Below are positions 38,792-48,139 of a DNA stretch of 64,000 nt, piece after piece. The translations under genes and the position numbers were made by a program. The DNA is from an uncultured delta proteobacterium (lineage in GTDB: Bacteria > Desulfobacterota > BSN033 > UBA1163): the NCBI GenBank assembly GCA_963827685.1, contig CAWHBU010000002.1, forward strand, positions 672,001-736,000, read 5' to 3'. Every line of letters starts with the position of its first letter. The stretch's first letter is position 1. Under the pieces are notes generated by a model. It saw nothing but the letters and a program-made list of their open reading frames with translations, had not been told where the DNA came from and searched no databases.

Positions 38792-40183
38792 TTAACACCT
38801 CTTAAGAAGTTGGGAGATACCGGCTGCTGTCATACCCATTTGGGAAGCTATCTCCCTGTAACTCAAGCCCTTTTGTCTCATTTCAATGGCTTGTTTCTGT
38901 CGCTTTCCGACCTGAATGAGCCTTTGGGCCTCATATTCTGCCCTGGATAGCATTCCCCTGGCCCTTCGAATCTTTTTAATTGCCTCTTTCCAGCGCCGCC
39001 GCTTCTCTCCTTTGGAAATAAGAATCTTCATCTCCCGCTCTTCGTCTGGAGTGACATGGAGCATATCAAGAGCCCTTTGATTCGTGTATCGATACCGCTC
39101 CTGCTGCTTCTGCGCCTCTATCATTTCCGCCTTGAATCGTTTATAGATGAAAGAGACATGACTGCGAATTTTGGCCCCTGTCCAATGGGGAGCGAATTGT
39201 CTACTCAACGCTTCCAGCTCCTGAGATAGGCGAAATGGATGTTCAACTGTCGGCGGAGTGATCCAGCTTAAAGAAATCGCTGCAAGAAAAATAAATGGGT
39301 CTCGCTGGCCGTCCGGATTTCCATGCTCCCATCCTCGAAGTTTCGTAAGGGTCCGCATGTCCTCAATCCGATTCCAATGCAAAGATTCTTGAGTAAATTT
39401 CCACCGCATTGGGTCCACTTTGGTTGCTCTCTGTGCCCTGGCTGCTCTCATTTCAGCCCGCACCGATCTCAAGATTTCCATTTCTTCCCGCGTATAAGGG
39501 AGAACCTTATCGGCCAATATATCAAAATCGTAGCGGATGGGGTTGTATTTATCACCATTCACACAATTTACATAAAGAACCTTTACAAATTCGCCTGACT
39601 TCGTGTTGACCGTTCGATCGATCCTTAAAACCCTGCTGGCATCCAAGGCCATATTGTCAGCCCCAAAGGGTTCAAGTCTCTTGGCAAGATGCCTTTGAAC
39701 CGCATTCCATCTCGGAAGGGCGGCCCTTGGAAGAGACCCATCCGGTAGCCATTTGACTTGGAGCCCCCTGCCTGAAAACAAAACCACTGATGGAATAGGA
39801 ATTCCTTTATTCTGACAGTAGTTCAATAGCAAAGAAGTTGATTTCTCGGGTTTTAAATCGATTAAATTTCCAACTTTATACGTGTCAAGATCCAAAAAAA
39901 TAGTATTGATCCTCAATAGATTAGCCACCCTCCGATTTCTCCTAAAAAAATCGTTCACCGAGAGCCAACTATCCCAGCGCCTATCAATATGGGATAATAC
40001 AAAAGGCATTTCGGAGAGCAGGAAAGAGTCTTGGTTTACGCGATCCCCTCTTTTAACCAAGGTGGAAAAATACCCAGGTGAACCAGGATCATGGTAGAAA
40101 AGAGGCTCAAATATTAATTGGGAAGTATCCTGAAATTCGTTATTTAATGTGCCGTACAGACAACTCACCTCCTTTCTGGCCAA
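38792..40183 (-). CDS. Plasmid-type replication protein (AEP primase-like domain plus C-terminal HTH)
   Basis: FLDLD, SGRGLQ, DASRVLR..TVNTKSG, GLSYREIASQMG. Confidence 0.78.
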   Translation of the reverse strand: MARKEVSCLYGTLNNEFQDTSQLIFEPLFYHDPGSPGYFSTLVKRGDRVNQDSFLLSEMPFVLSHIDRRWDSWLSVNDFFRRNRRVANLLRINTIFLDLDTYKVGNLIDLKPEKSTSLLLNYCQNKGIPIPSVVLFSGRGLQVKWLPDGSLPRAALPRWNAVQRHLAKRLEPFGADNMALDASRVLRIDRTVNTKSGEFVKVLYVNCVNGDKYNPIRYDFDILADKVLPYTREEMEILRSVRAEMRAARAQRATKVDPMRWKFTQESLHWNRIEDMRTLTKLRGWEHGNPDGQRDPFIFLAAISLSWITPPTVEHPFRLSQELEALSRQFAPHWTGAKIRSHVSFIYKRFKAEMIEAQKQQERYRYTNQRALDMLHVTPDEEREMKILISKGEKRRRWKEAIKKIRRARGMLSRAEYEAQRLIQVGKRQKQAIEMRQKGLSYREIASQMGMTAAGISQLLKRC

Positions 40184-40192
40184 AAAATGAAA

Positions 40193-40600
40193 TTAGAATT
40201 TAATATCGTGTTCTTCTCTAATTTCGATATGATCATCTTTCAATTGGAGTGAATAAGGTTTACTTAGGAACTCTTGAATTTCATTTATGCCATACCCATT
40301 CTTTACGAGGGTCTCAACCATTGCCTCAAGTTTTGGGTCGTTAACGTGCATTTTGTCGAATTCTCGGTCTATAGTCGCCCACGGGCACTTGATCTGAGAA
40401 CCACACCGATCACAGAACATAAGCGCTGGGGTAAGGGTCCCATTGAACTGGGGACTTTCTGAAAAAAAGAAAGCGTTTAATGACGCGCTTTCCAATTCCT
40501 TATCGGTAAGGCATTTCATGCAGATACTTTTACCTTCCGGTATTCCATCTTTACATACTGTGACGCTGCATCCCCAAAGATCCTCTTTGTTTATAATCAT
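40193..40600 (-). CDS. Hypothetical protein (CxxC pairs)
   Basis: RBS AAGGAG; CMKC, CDRC. Confidence 0.65.
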   Translation of the reverse strand: MIINKEDLWGCSVTVCKDGIPEGKSICMKCLTDKELESASLNAFFFSESPQFNGTLTPALMFCDRCGSQIKCPWATIDREFDKMHVNDPKLEAMVETLVKNGYGINEIQEFLSKPYSLQLKDDHIEIREEHDIKF

Positions 40601-40639
40601 GGTTCCATCTCCTTCATCTGGCCATTGGCCGGTTAAGGG

Positions 40640-41044
40640 TTAAAGATTCACGCTCCTTTCAGAGGCCTTCATATGCTTTTCCCATATTAATGAAAGCGTG
40701 GGAATTACCACCATCTCGAAGATTTCTAAAGAATATTCTTCCCCGGCAAGGTCTTTGATGTCGCCTCCTGAATAGCCATTAACCAAGAGTGTTCTAACCA
40801 TTAAGTGCTCCACCCATTGAAACCACTGGCCCGCCGCGTGATCGAAGAGGAACCCGCCCCGGTGATGGTCAATGAAAAGTCGGGCATCACCATCCTCGTT
40901 TGAATTGAGTGCCTTTAGAATGGCCTCGCTCGAAAGGGTAGGTGATCCCGGTCCAGGATCTCCCGTGGTCGGTCCCCATTGTTCGGCCTCTTCCGCAACC
41001 CTGGCAAAGACAGCCCCTTGAATGGTTTCGGTTTGTGGGTTCAT
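40640..41044 (-). CDS. Chimeric ORF: P4/D5-type primase N-terminal remnant fused to an unrelated tail
   Basis: NEDGDARLF...FLFDHAAGQWFQW resembles a D5 N-terminal domain; no helicase follows. Confidence 0.55.
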   Translation of the reverse strand: MNPQTETIQGAVFARVAEEAEQWGPTTGDPGPGSPTLSSEAILKALNSNEDGDARLFIDHHRGGFLFDHAAGQWFQWVEHLMVRTLLVNGYSGGDIKDLAGEEYSLEIFEMVVIPTLSLIWEKHMKASERSVNL

Positions 41045-41055
41045 CAGTTGCCTTT

Positions 41056-41286
41056 CTATTCGTCAAGAGATACGGTCCGGTGTTCAAGCCATTCGATAAG
41101 CTCATTGACAGGGTAGGCCACTTTGCGCCCGCATCGAATGCGGCCTGGAGGCCCCGCGCCCTGTGAGTCTAAATTCGCGATGTATTTTTCGCTCATAATA
41201 CCGCCGCTGAATGTCTTGATCTCCTGGCGGGCTACAAAAGGGGACGGCCATTTGTCGGCTAAACTTCGAAGGGTTACTTTTGTCAT
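41056..41286 (-). CDS. Excisionase/AlpA-like DNA-binding protein
   Basis: IANLDSQGAGPP.RIRCGRKVAYPVNELIEWL; RBS GGAGG. Confidence 0.75.
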   Translation of the reverse strand: MTKVTLRSLADKWPSPFVARQEIKTFSGGIMSEKYIANLDSQGAGPPGRIRCGRKVAYPVNELIEWLEHRTVSLDE

Positions 41287-41362
41287 AAAAAAACCTCCAA
41301 AGAAATTTGTTCTTGGAGGTTATCTTAAAATATGGGAAATGACAGTAAGTAACTTACTGCGA

Positions 41363-42160
41363 TTATTTTTTTAGTCCTTTTTTTAGACTATTCACATACC
41401 GCTCGAAGGATCGGAAGCCAATATCTCTCGGTCTTTTCCTTTCATCGCTAAAATATAGTGTAATTCGATTGTTCTTTTTTTCGTACACAAAATCACAGCC
41501 CTCAATGATATACCGCCCGCCGATATCCCCCGCTTCGAGTTTTCTTATAAGAAATTCCCACATCGAAAGACAGGTTTTCCTTTTGCTGTTCTGCCATGCA
41601 TACCTCACAAGCAGATTAAAGGCAGGCACCTTTTTTTCTTTCTTCCCCCCCCTTGCGGGTGCTGTCTTCGCCTTGATCCCCCTTACAATCATTTCATGGA
41701 GATTTGCCGAAACGGTAGCGAAGCACAACCTCAGCATATCGATTGCCGTTTGCTCGGCATCACCATTTAAAATATCTTTTCTTACCCTATGGACACAGAG
41801 AAAAACGTATGCAACATTTTGGAGTGCCATAGAGGTTAGAAGAGGCGAAAACAAGGAGGGGGAATCTTTCCGCTGTGGGTATAGGCGACTGAAATCTTTC
41901 ACATCAGAAGGGGTGCGCCACGCTTCTACTAGCTCCTCTGAGTAAAGGCCATTCTCTTCCAATATCTTTTTGGCTTCGTCTTCAAATTCTATGAGGAAAA
42001 ATTCAAGCGGTTTTAATTCTAAGTCTTGGTCTAAACAAAACGGAGACTCAAATAGCAAATTCTTAGTCCAATTATTGACTAAATCTATATCAAAATCGTT
42101 CCAACGATCAATTCGTTTTGGCTCGTTCTTCTTTCCGTCTGTCATCTCAGCCCCCTTCAA
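41363..42160 (-). CDS. Hypothetical protein between int and xis
   Basis: 265-aa ORF. Confidence 0.7.
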   Translation of the reverse strand: MKGAEMTDGKKNEPKRIDRWNDFDIDLVNNWTKNLLFESPFCLDQDLELKPLEFFLIEFEDEAKKILEENGLYSEELVEAWRTPSDVKDFSRLYPQRKDSPSLFSPLLTSMALQNVAYVFLCVHRVRKDILNGDAEQTAIDMLRLCFATVSANLHEMIVRGIKAKTAPARGGKKEKKVPAFNLLVRYAWQNSKRKTCLSMWEFLIRKLEAGDIGGRYIIEGCDFVYEKKNNRITLYFSDERKRPRDIGFRSFERYVNSLKKGLKK

Positions 42161-42240
42161 GCTGCCCCTGTGTGTTTAGGGAAAAACGGGGTAGCATTCC
42201 TCGCTTATCGACCAGCTGTGATTATTTCCCCGTTTCTGAT

Positions 42241-43443
42241 CTAACGATTTCCTCTCAACGTAGCCACCTTGCTTTTTCTCCTGGCCTGCCGGATCCCCTT
42301 TTCAAATTCCTTCACGTCATTGGTTAGTCGTTCATCAGATAAGTGGCTGTATCGTTCCGTTAACTGACTGCTTCTATGGCCTAAAAGTTTTTGGACGTCA
42401 TACAGCCCGATCCCCCGGTCCACAAGCCAGCTCGCGTAGGTGTGTCGAAGCGAGTGGAAAGTCAATTTCTGTCGGCTGTCAGTAACCCCTTCATTCAGCT
42501 TACGGTCATCGATAACAGCCGCGAATATCTTGGAAGGGCGTTTCATCTTGTTTCCGTTGGGATCTGTAAAAAGCAAGTCCTCTCTGTTCCCTCTTATGCC
42601 AGCAAGAACCTTCCGGACCTCTTCTGTCATCCTGCCATATCGGGGAAACCCCCCTTTGCTGCTCCTGATCCCGATAAGTCCTCTACGAATGTCAATATCC
42701 GCGCCCCGAAGATTGGCAATCTCTCCAAACCTCAAACCACAATGAAGGGAGATCAAGGCGATCTGCCAAAGGGTCTGGTTTCGATTCCGTAACTCATTTA
42801 GGAACTGATCGGCTTCCTCATGTGTGAAATACCTGACTCGTTTGTTGTCAAACCGATCAAGACGGATCTTTTTTGTCGGACAATCCTCGGAGACGATCCC
42901 CTTTTCCTTGGCATCATTCCAAACCCGGCGAATCGTGGAAAAGACATATTGGATCATCCGCGGGGACCTTCCAGCGGTCAGCATATTCGTCTTAATCTTC
43001 TCAAGCTCAAGGACTCCGATCTCAATGAAGGGTAGGGCACCTATCATCGGCTTTATCCAATTTTCATAATGCGATTTTTTCTCTTTCGTCTCTCTCGGTT
43101 TTTCAATGGCTGCCAGCGGAACAAAGGTATCGATGAAGTAGTCACCGAAAGTGACACCTTGCTTCTCTTGTCTTTCTCTTTCTGCCCTGGCAACCTCTCG
43201 TTTCTCCAAAAGGGTCACAGGCTCCCCGGTCCCCTTCCTGTAAGCCTCTTGAAGTTCTGCAAGCTGGAGCCCTGCTTTCTGTGCCGTCCATCCCTTACTG
43301 GCCCATCCCAATGCCTCTTCAATTCTCCTACCATCGACGCGGTAACGAATAGAGAAGTATCGATCCTTAACAATGCCGTGCTTTCTTGTTGGGTGTTCGC
43401 GATACCTCACACCTTCGAATTCTGTTGAGATCCAACTTGACAT
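42241..43443 (-). CDS. int: Island integrase (tyrosine recombinase with arm-binding N-terminus)
   Basis: HCGLRFGE, SKGG, FHSLRH, LGH, TERY; next to the att repeat. Confidence 0.95.
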   Translation of the reverse strand: MSSWISTEFEGVRYREHPTRKHGIVKDRYFSIRYRVDGRRIEEALGWASKGWTAQKAGLQLAELQEAYRKGTGEPVTLLEKREVARAERERQEKQGVTFGDYFIDTFVPLAAIEKPRETKEKKSHYENWIKPMIGALPFIEIGVLELEKIKTNMLTAGRSPRMIQYVFSTIRRVWNDAKEKGIVSEDCPTKKIRLDRFDNKRVRYFTHEEADQFLNELRNRNQTLWQIALISLHCGLRFGEIANLRGADIDIRRGLIGIRSSKGGFPRYGRMTEEVRKVLAGIRGNREDLLFTDPNGNKMKRPSKIFAAVIDDRKLNEGVTDSRQKLTFHSLRHTYASWLVDRGIGLYDVQKLLGHRSSQLTERYSHLSDERLTNDVKEFEKGIRQARRKSKVATLRGNR

Positions 43444-43482
43444 AAGATCACCCCCTCTTATATGATTTGCTGGTCGGGGAAT

Positions 43483-43604
43483 TGTCCCCCAGCGTGTCCC
43501 CCGGAGAGGTTAGGGACACGGATATTTAAATCCGTTGCTTCTTCATGCAAAATTATGGAACACGGATTCTTATCTGTGTAATTTTTGTCCCCCACCTGTC
43601 CCCC
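43483..43604 (+). promoter_or_regulatory. Putative integrase arm-type sites (two TGTCCCCC pairs)
   Basis: 43483, 43495, 43586, 43597; same motif at 12713 and 12724. Confidence 0.7.
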
Positions 43605-43731
43605 AAAAAGCCCATGAAACAAAAGGTAGCAAAAGGAACTCATGGGAAGGATATTATCAACTAAATTATTGAATGTCAAGGAAAATATTGCAATAAAAGG
43701 AAGTTATAGGAATTTATAGGAAGGTGGTCAA

Positions 43732-43781
43732 AACGGATTTCTAATCCGTGTGCCGCGTGTTCGAGTCACGCCAGGGGCGCT
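43732..43781 (+). repeat. att site (right): displaced tRNA-Arg 3' fragment with TCT at the anticodon
   Basis: 49/50 match to 12605-12654, mismatch T43740 vs C12613. Confidence 0.95.
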
Positions 43782-43802
43782 TTCCTTCTCTAGAAAAGAA
43801 AG

Positions 43803-45047
43803 ATGAAGGCTGAAGTCATTGCCATTGGATCAGAGCTTCTTCTCGGTCAAATCATCGATACAAACTCTTCTTACATTGCTAAACGCCTTGCAGAAAATGG
43901 GATTGAACTTGTTCAAACTGCAACGGTTGGAGACGATCTCCAGCGAATGAAAGAGGTAATCAGAGAAGCGATCAATCGATCTCAGATCGTCATCACCACT
44001 GGTGGCATCGGTCCCACGGAAGACGATCGCACCCGGGAAGCCATAGCTGAAGTTACCCAACGTCCTCTCACCTTTCAGCCTCATTTGATGGAACAGATTG
44101 AAACCCTCTTCAAAAAGAGGGGGTTTCGAATGGCTGAGAGCAATCGGAAACAGGCCTATATTCCCGGAGGGGCTATTCCCATTGAAAACCCCAAAGGAAC
44201 GGCTCCTGGGTTCATTGCAGAAACGTCAGATGGAGCCATCATTTCCATCCCGGGCGTCCCTTTCGAGATGGAACATTTAATGGAAAATACAGTCATCCCT
44301 TATCTTCGGAAACGATTTCATATCAGACATCAGGTTATCCAGTATAAGGTCTTGCGTGCCTGTGGCCTTGGAGAGAGCGCTATCGGCCTTCAGATCAAAG
44401 ATCTGATGAAGGAGACTACCAATCCTTCAATCGGGACACTCGCCTCAATGGGGGACATTAGGGTAAGAATCACAGCCAAAGCCGAAAATCTCGAAGAAGC
44501 CTCAAACCTGATACAACATATGGAAAAGGAAATCAGAAATCGACTCGGCATTCTGATCTATGGTGTGGATACCGAAACCCTACATGGAAATGTCGCAAAG
44601 GAATTGGAGAGGTTAACCCTCACATTATCTGTGGTTGAAACCTTCACAGGAGGAATCGTCTCTCAGAAATTGACGAGTACGGAGAGTAACTCTTTCATTC
44701 AAGGGGTAGTTCTCCCATCCGAAAATTCCCAAAGACAGTTTCTTAATCTGTCCTTGAAGGAATTCAACTCTCTCAGGAAAAATTCAAAAGGGTTTTCTGA
44801 TTTATTAGCTCAAAAATCTCGGAATGAGTTTAAGACGGATTTAGGGCTTGCCATGTTTGGAAAGATAGTGGAGAAACAAGGAGAGGGAGAATATCGAATC
44901 GAAACCTATTATTCCCTTTCAACTTCTGGCGGAATAGAAAACCAAGAATACTCAATGGGTGGTGAACTGTGGATGGTCCGAGAAAGGGCATCCATTATTG
45001 CGGTCGATTTCTTGCGAAAATACCTTCTTAAGATGAAAGACATTTAA
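43803..45047 (+). CDS. cinA: CinA family protein (MocF domain plus degenerate PncC domain)
   Basis: IGSELLLG..DTN, GGIGPTEDDRT, GTAPG; ETFTGG in place of ESCTGG. Confidence 0.88.
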   Translation: MKAEVIAIGSELLLGQIIDTNSSYIAKRLAENGIELVQTATVGDDLQRMKEVIREAINRSQIVITTGGIGPTEDDRTREAIAEVTQRPLTFQPHLMEQIETLFKKRGFRMAESNRKQAYIPGGAIPIENPKGTAPGFIAETSDGAIISIPGVPFEMEHLMENTVIPYLRKRFHIRHQVIQYKVLRACGLGESAIGLQIKDLMKETTNPSIGTLASMGDIRVRITAKAENLEEASNLIQHMEKEIRNRLGILIYGVDTETLHGNVAKELERLTLTLSVVETFTGGIVSQKLTSTESNSFIQGVVLPSENSQRQFLNLSLKEFNSLRKNSKGFSDLLAQKSRNEFKTDLGLAMFGKIVEKQGEGEYRIETYYSLSTSGGIENQEYSMGGELWMVRERASIIAVDFLRKYLLKMKDI

Positions 45048-45222
45048 GTCCGAAGCACTGTGAGAGCGTGAGGCGCAAGTCGCAAGGGGTTTGTACCCCT
45101 TACCCCTAACGCCTTACTCCTTACGAATGAAAATTTCGATATTCGGATTTCGAATTTTGGAGAATACATTCGCCTGAACGGAGCTAAGAGTTTATCCACC
45201 AAAGTTGAAAGGATAGAAGACG

Positions 45223-45666
45223 ATGGCTCGTAAAACCATTCAGTGTCCAACATGTAAAAAAGAAATTGAAGTTTACCAAAACCCTATCCCTACAGTTGAT
45301 ATTATCATCGAGATGGAGTCAAAGGAAATTGTTCTGATCAAGCGTAAGAACCCACCTTATGGTTGGGCCATCCCAGGAGGTTTTGTAGACTACGGGGAAT
45401 CTTTGGAAAAAGCTGCTGTCAGGGAAGCAAAGGAAGAAACCAACCTGGATGTGAAACTAATCAGACAATTTCACACTTATTCAGATCCAAAAAGAGATCC
45501 AAGACATCACAGCATTTCAACGGTTTATATTGCAAAAGCTAATGGAATACCTCAAGCTAAGGATGACGCACTTGAAATTGGGACCTTTAATGAATCGAAC
45601 CTCCCGGAAGAAATCGCTTTCGACCACCGCTCTATCCTGAAGGATTATTTCAAACGAGTTTTTTGA
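45223..45666 (+). CDS. Nudix hydrolase
   Basis: [26 protein letters not shown]. Confidence 0.93.
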   Translation: MARKTIQCPTCKKEIEVYQNPIPTVDIIIEMESKEIVLIKRKNPPYGWAIPGGFVDYGESLEKAAVREAKEETNLDVKLIRQFHTYSDPKRDPRHHSISTVYIAKANGIPQAKDDALEIGTFNESNLPEEIAFDHRSILKDYFKRVF

Positions 45667-46846
45667 GGGCCTCCTCAAGTCGATCTAATCCTGCTTTGAT
45701 ACCCTCCATAGAAGTCGCATAGGAAAGCCTCTCAAAGGGATCGACTCCGAATTCAACTCCTGGAACAACAGCCACTCTTGCCACGTCCAAAAAGAAATCA
45801 GCCAGGTGCGTGGAGTTCTCAATCTTCTTCCCCTGGTAAGACTTCCCGTAATATGAAGAAAAGTTTGGAAAAACATAGAAGGCACCCACAGGCTTATAAC
45901 AAGAGACCCCTGACATCTTGTTTAAACGATCCACAATATAGTTTCGTCTTTGAGCAAAGGCAGAAACCATCTTTTCCACTTCACTCTGTGGACCGATGAG
46001 GGCCTCTACAGAGGCCTTCTGGGCAATGGAAGTGGGGTTTGAGGTGCTTTGGCTCTGGATATTGTTCATAGCTGAAATAATCTCTTCGGACCCTGCGGTA
46101 TAGCCAATTCTCCAGCCAGTCATGGCATAGGTTTTCGCAACTCCATGGACAATGATCGTTCTTTTCTTAATCTCCTCATTGAGAGAAGCAATGCTTGTAA
46201 ATTTAAAACTATCGTAGACAATCTTTTCATAGATCTCATCCGAGATAACAAAAAAGTTTTTTGAAAGTGCAATTTCGGCAATCTTTTCCAATTCTTTCTT
46301 GGTATAAGCACTTCCCGTAGGATTGGATGGGCTATTGATGATCAAGGCTTTGGTTTTCGGTGTTATGGCCTTTTTCAAAGCCTCTGGTGTGATCTTAAAC
46401 TCATTCTTCTCCGTCGTTTCGACAATAACCGGTGTGGCGTTTGCCAGTGACACCATGGGAGGATAGGAAACCCAGTAGGGGGCTGGGATGATCACTTCAT
46501 CCCCCTGATCGAAGATAGCTTGGGCCAGATTGTAAAAGGAATGTTTGCCCCCGCATGAAACCAGGATTTCAGACCTTTTATAGGATAAACCGCTATCTCT
46601 TTGGAATTTCTTGATGATTGCGTCTTTTAACTCATCAATGCCTCCAACAGGTGTATACTTTGTGAAGCCTTCGTCAAGAGCTTTCTTCGCAGCCTGTTTG
46701 ATGTTTTCGGGAGTATCAAAATCTGGTTCCCCCGCACCAAAACTGATGACATGGATGCCCTGAGCTTGCATCGACTTTGCTTTGGCGTTGATGGCAAGGG
46801 TAGGGGAGGGTTTTAAGCTTTTCGCGCGATTAGAAAGAACAGACAT
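45650..46846 (-). CDS. Aspartate aminotransferase (class I PLP)
   Basis: [29 protein letters not shown]. Confidence 0.93.
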   Translation of the reverse strand: MSVLSNRAKSLKPSPTLAINAKAKSMQAQGIHVISFGAGEPDFDTPENIKQAAKKALDEGFTKYTPVGGIDELKDAIIKKFQRDSGLSYKRSEILVSCGGKHSFYNLAQAIFDQGDEVIIPAPYWVSYPPMVSLANATPVIVETTEKNEFKITPEALKKAITPKTKALIINSPSNPTGSAYTKKELEKIAEIALSKNFFVISDEIYEKIVYDSFKFTSIASLNEEIKKRTIIVHGVAKTYAMTGWRIGYTAGSEEIISAMNNIQSQSTSNPTSIAQKASVEALIGPQSEVEKMVSAFAQRRNYIVDRLNKMSGVSCYKPVGAFYVFPNFSSYYGKSYQGKKIENSTHLADFFLDVARVAVVPGVEFGVDPFERLSYATSMEGIKAGLDRLEEALKKLV

Positions 46847-46848
46847 TT

Positions 46849-47826
46849 CTACACCTCCTTGAATAGGATTTCTGAAATTTTATTAATCCTTTCGACGCCT
46901 TTGATCTCCTGTGGCATAAGAGGGAGCTCTATTAACCCAATCCTGTGAGAATATTGATTTTCCAATATCTGAATGTAATGCTGCTGCATTTCTTTTCTAA
47001 GCTTATGAAAATTGCAATCTGCCTCCTGAATGATATAGTTAATGATTAAATGGTTAACCTTAAGTTGATATTCATCAAAATCTTTGATGATCCTCTCTGT
47101 CTGTCTTACGCCGAGAGCTTCGGGTATGGTCACAATGATAAAGTCAGATTTTTGAGGATCTCGAATAAAATTGACAACTTTTTCTGCCAAATCCTCCCAT
47201 CCGCTAATAATTTCTAATAGAGATCTCTTGCCCTTTTTTAACTTCACACTTTCCTTTAACTTTTCAAAATAACTATATAGATTCATATAAAATTTTGTAG
47301 CAGCTTCAAGGTGTTTGAGAAATATCTGGGGAAGATGGAGCAGCCTCAGGGTGTGACCGGCAGGGGCTGTGTCCCAAACAACTAAATCATATTGGGCACC
47401 CTCGACCAACTCCAGAATGTAACTGAGCATGTATTCCTCTTCAATGCCGGGTGCCCCGCCGATATAATCAACAAAATCATAATCAAGTGAGGTAAAGGAT
47501 GAAACGACCTCATAGATTTCTGGCCCAAACCGTTCCTTCCATTTTTTCAAGACCACATCAGAACTGATCTCAATTCCAAATAAGCCCTTCGTATTTTTAA
47601 TAGGGGTTTCTCGATCACCGATCTCCATTTCAAAAATGTCTGAAAGGGAAGGGGTAGGGTCACTTGAAATGATCAAAGTCTTTTTCCCATGAAGGGAGAA
47701 ATGGAGGGCGATTGCAGAGGCACAGGTGGTCTTTCCCACACCTCCTTTTCCCCCGATCATAATCAAGCGCTTTTGTTCTCTGTCCAGGCGTTTTAATGAA
47801 GGGTTCATCACCGCCTCTAAAGGCAT
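46849..47826 (-). CDS. ArsA/GET3 family ATPase (single domain)
   Basis: GKGGVGKTT, DTAPAGHT. Confidence 0.9.
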   Translation of the reverse strand: MPLEAVMNPSLKRLDREQKRLIMIGGKGGVGKTTCASAIALHFSLHGKKTLIISSDPTPSLSDIFEMEIGDRETPIKNTKGLFGIEISSDVVLKKWKERFGPEIYEVVSSFTSLDYDFVDYIGGAPGIEEEYMLSYILELVEGAQYDLVVWDTAPAGHTLRLLHLPQIFLKHLEAATKFYMNLYSYFEKLKESVKLKKGKRSLLEIISGWEDLAEKVVNFIRDPQKSDFIIVTIPEALGVRQTERIIKDFDEYQLKVNHLIINYIIQEADCNFHKLRKEMQQHYIQILENQYSHRIGLIELPLMPQEIKGVERINKISEILFKEV

Positions 47827-47908
47827 TGATTTTAAAGATATTAAACTTTATAATAAATAATCTGTTTGGTCAAGATATTACATTTTGGTACACTTTTGGA
47901 GGAAAGTC

Positions 47909-48139
47909 TTGGCATTGGGAATGATCGAAATCGATTCGGAATTGTGTAAAGACTGTAAATTATGCATTTCTGTCTGTCCTCATCGATTAATAGAATCCTC
48001 TGATCGAATGAATCAAAAGGGTTATTACTCTGCCTTTTTTGTTGAAACACATTTGAAAAAAGAAGGCAGAAAATGCACAGGATGTGGTCTCTGCGCCATT
48101 TCATGTCCTGAAATTGCCATTGAGGTGTATCGTGCCTAA
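47909..48139 (+). CDS. 2-oxoacid:ferredoxin oxidoreductase delta subunit (2x4Fe-4S)
   Basis: Two CxxCxxCxxxCP motifs; TTG after GGAGG. Confidence 0.88.
   Translation: MALGMIEIDSELCKDCKLCISVCPHRLIESSDRMNQKGYYSAFFVETHLKKEGRKCTGCGLCAISCPEIAIEVYRA

Larger units (their letters stand above)
12605..43781. mobile_element. ~31 kb tRNA-Arg-integrated genomic island (satellite-like core plus cargo)
   Basis: Flanking tRNA 3' repeat, integrase next to the right repeat, paired TGTCCCCC motifs at both ends. Confidence 0.92.

Noticed and set aside
43732-43781. Second tRNA-Arg(TCT) gene
   Set aside because: Lacks the 5' acceptor strand and D arm; it is an att remnant
46849-47826. Arsenic-resistance operon linked to the island's metal genes
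   Set aside because: Single-domain ArsA/GET3 outside the island, with no ars genes adjacent
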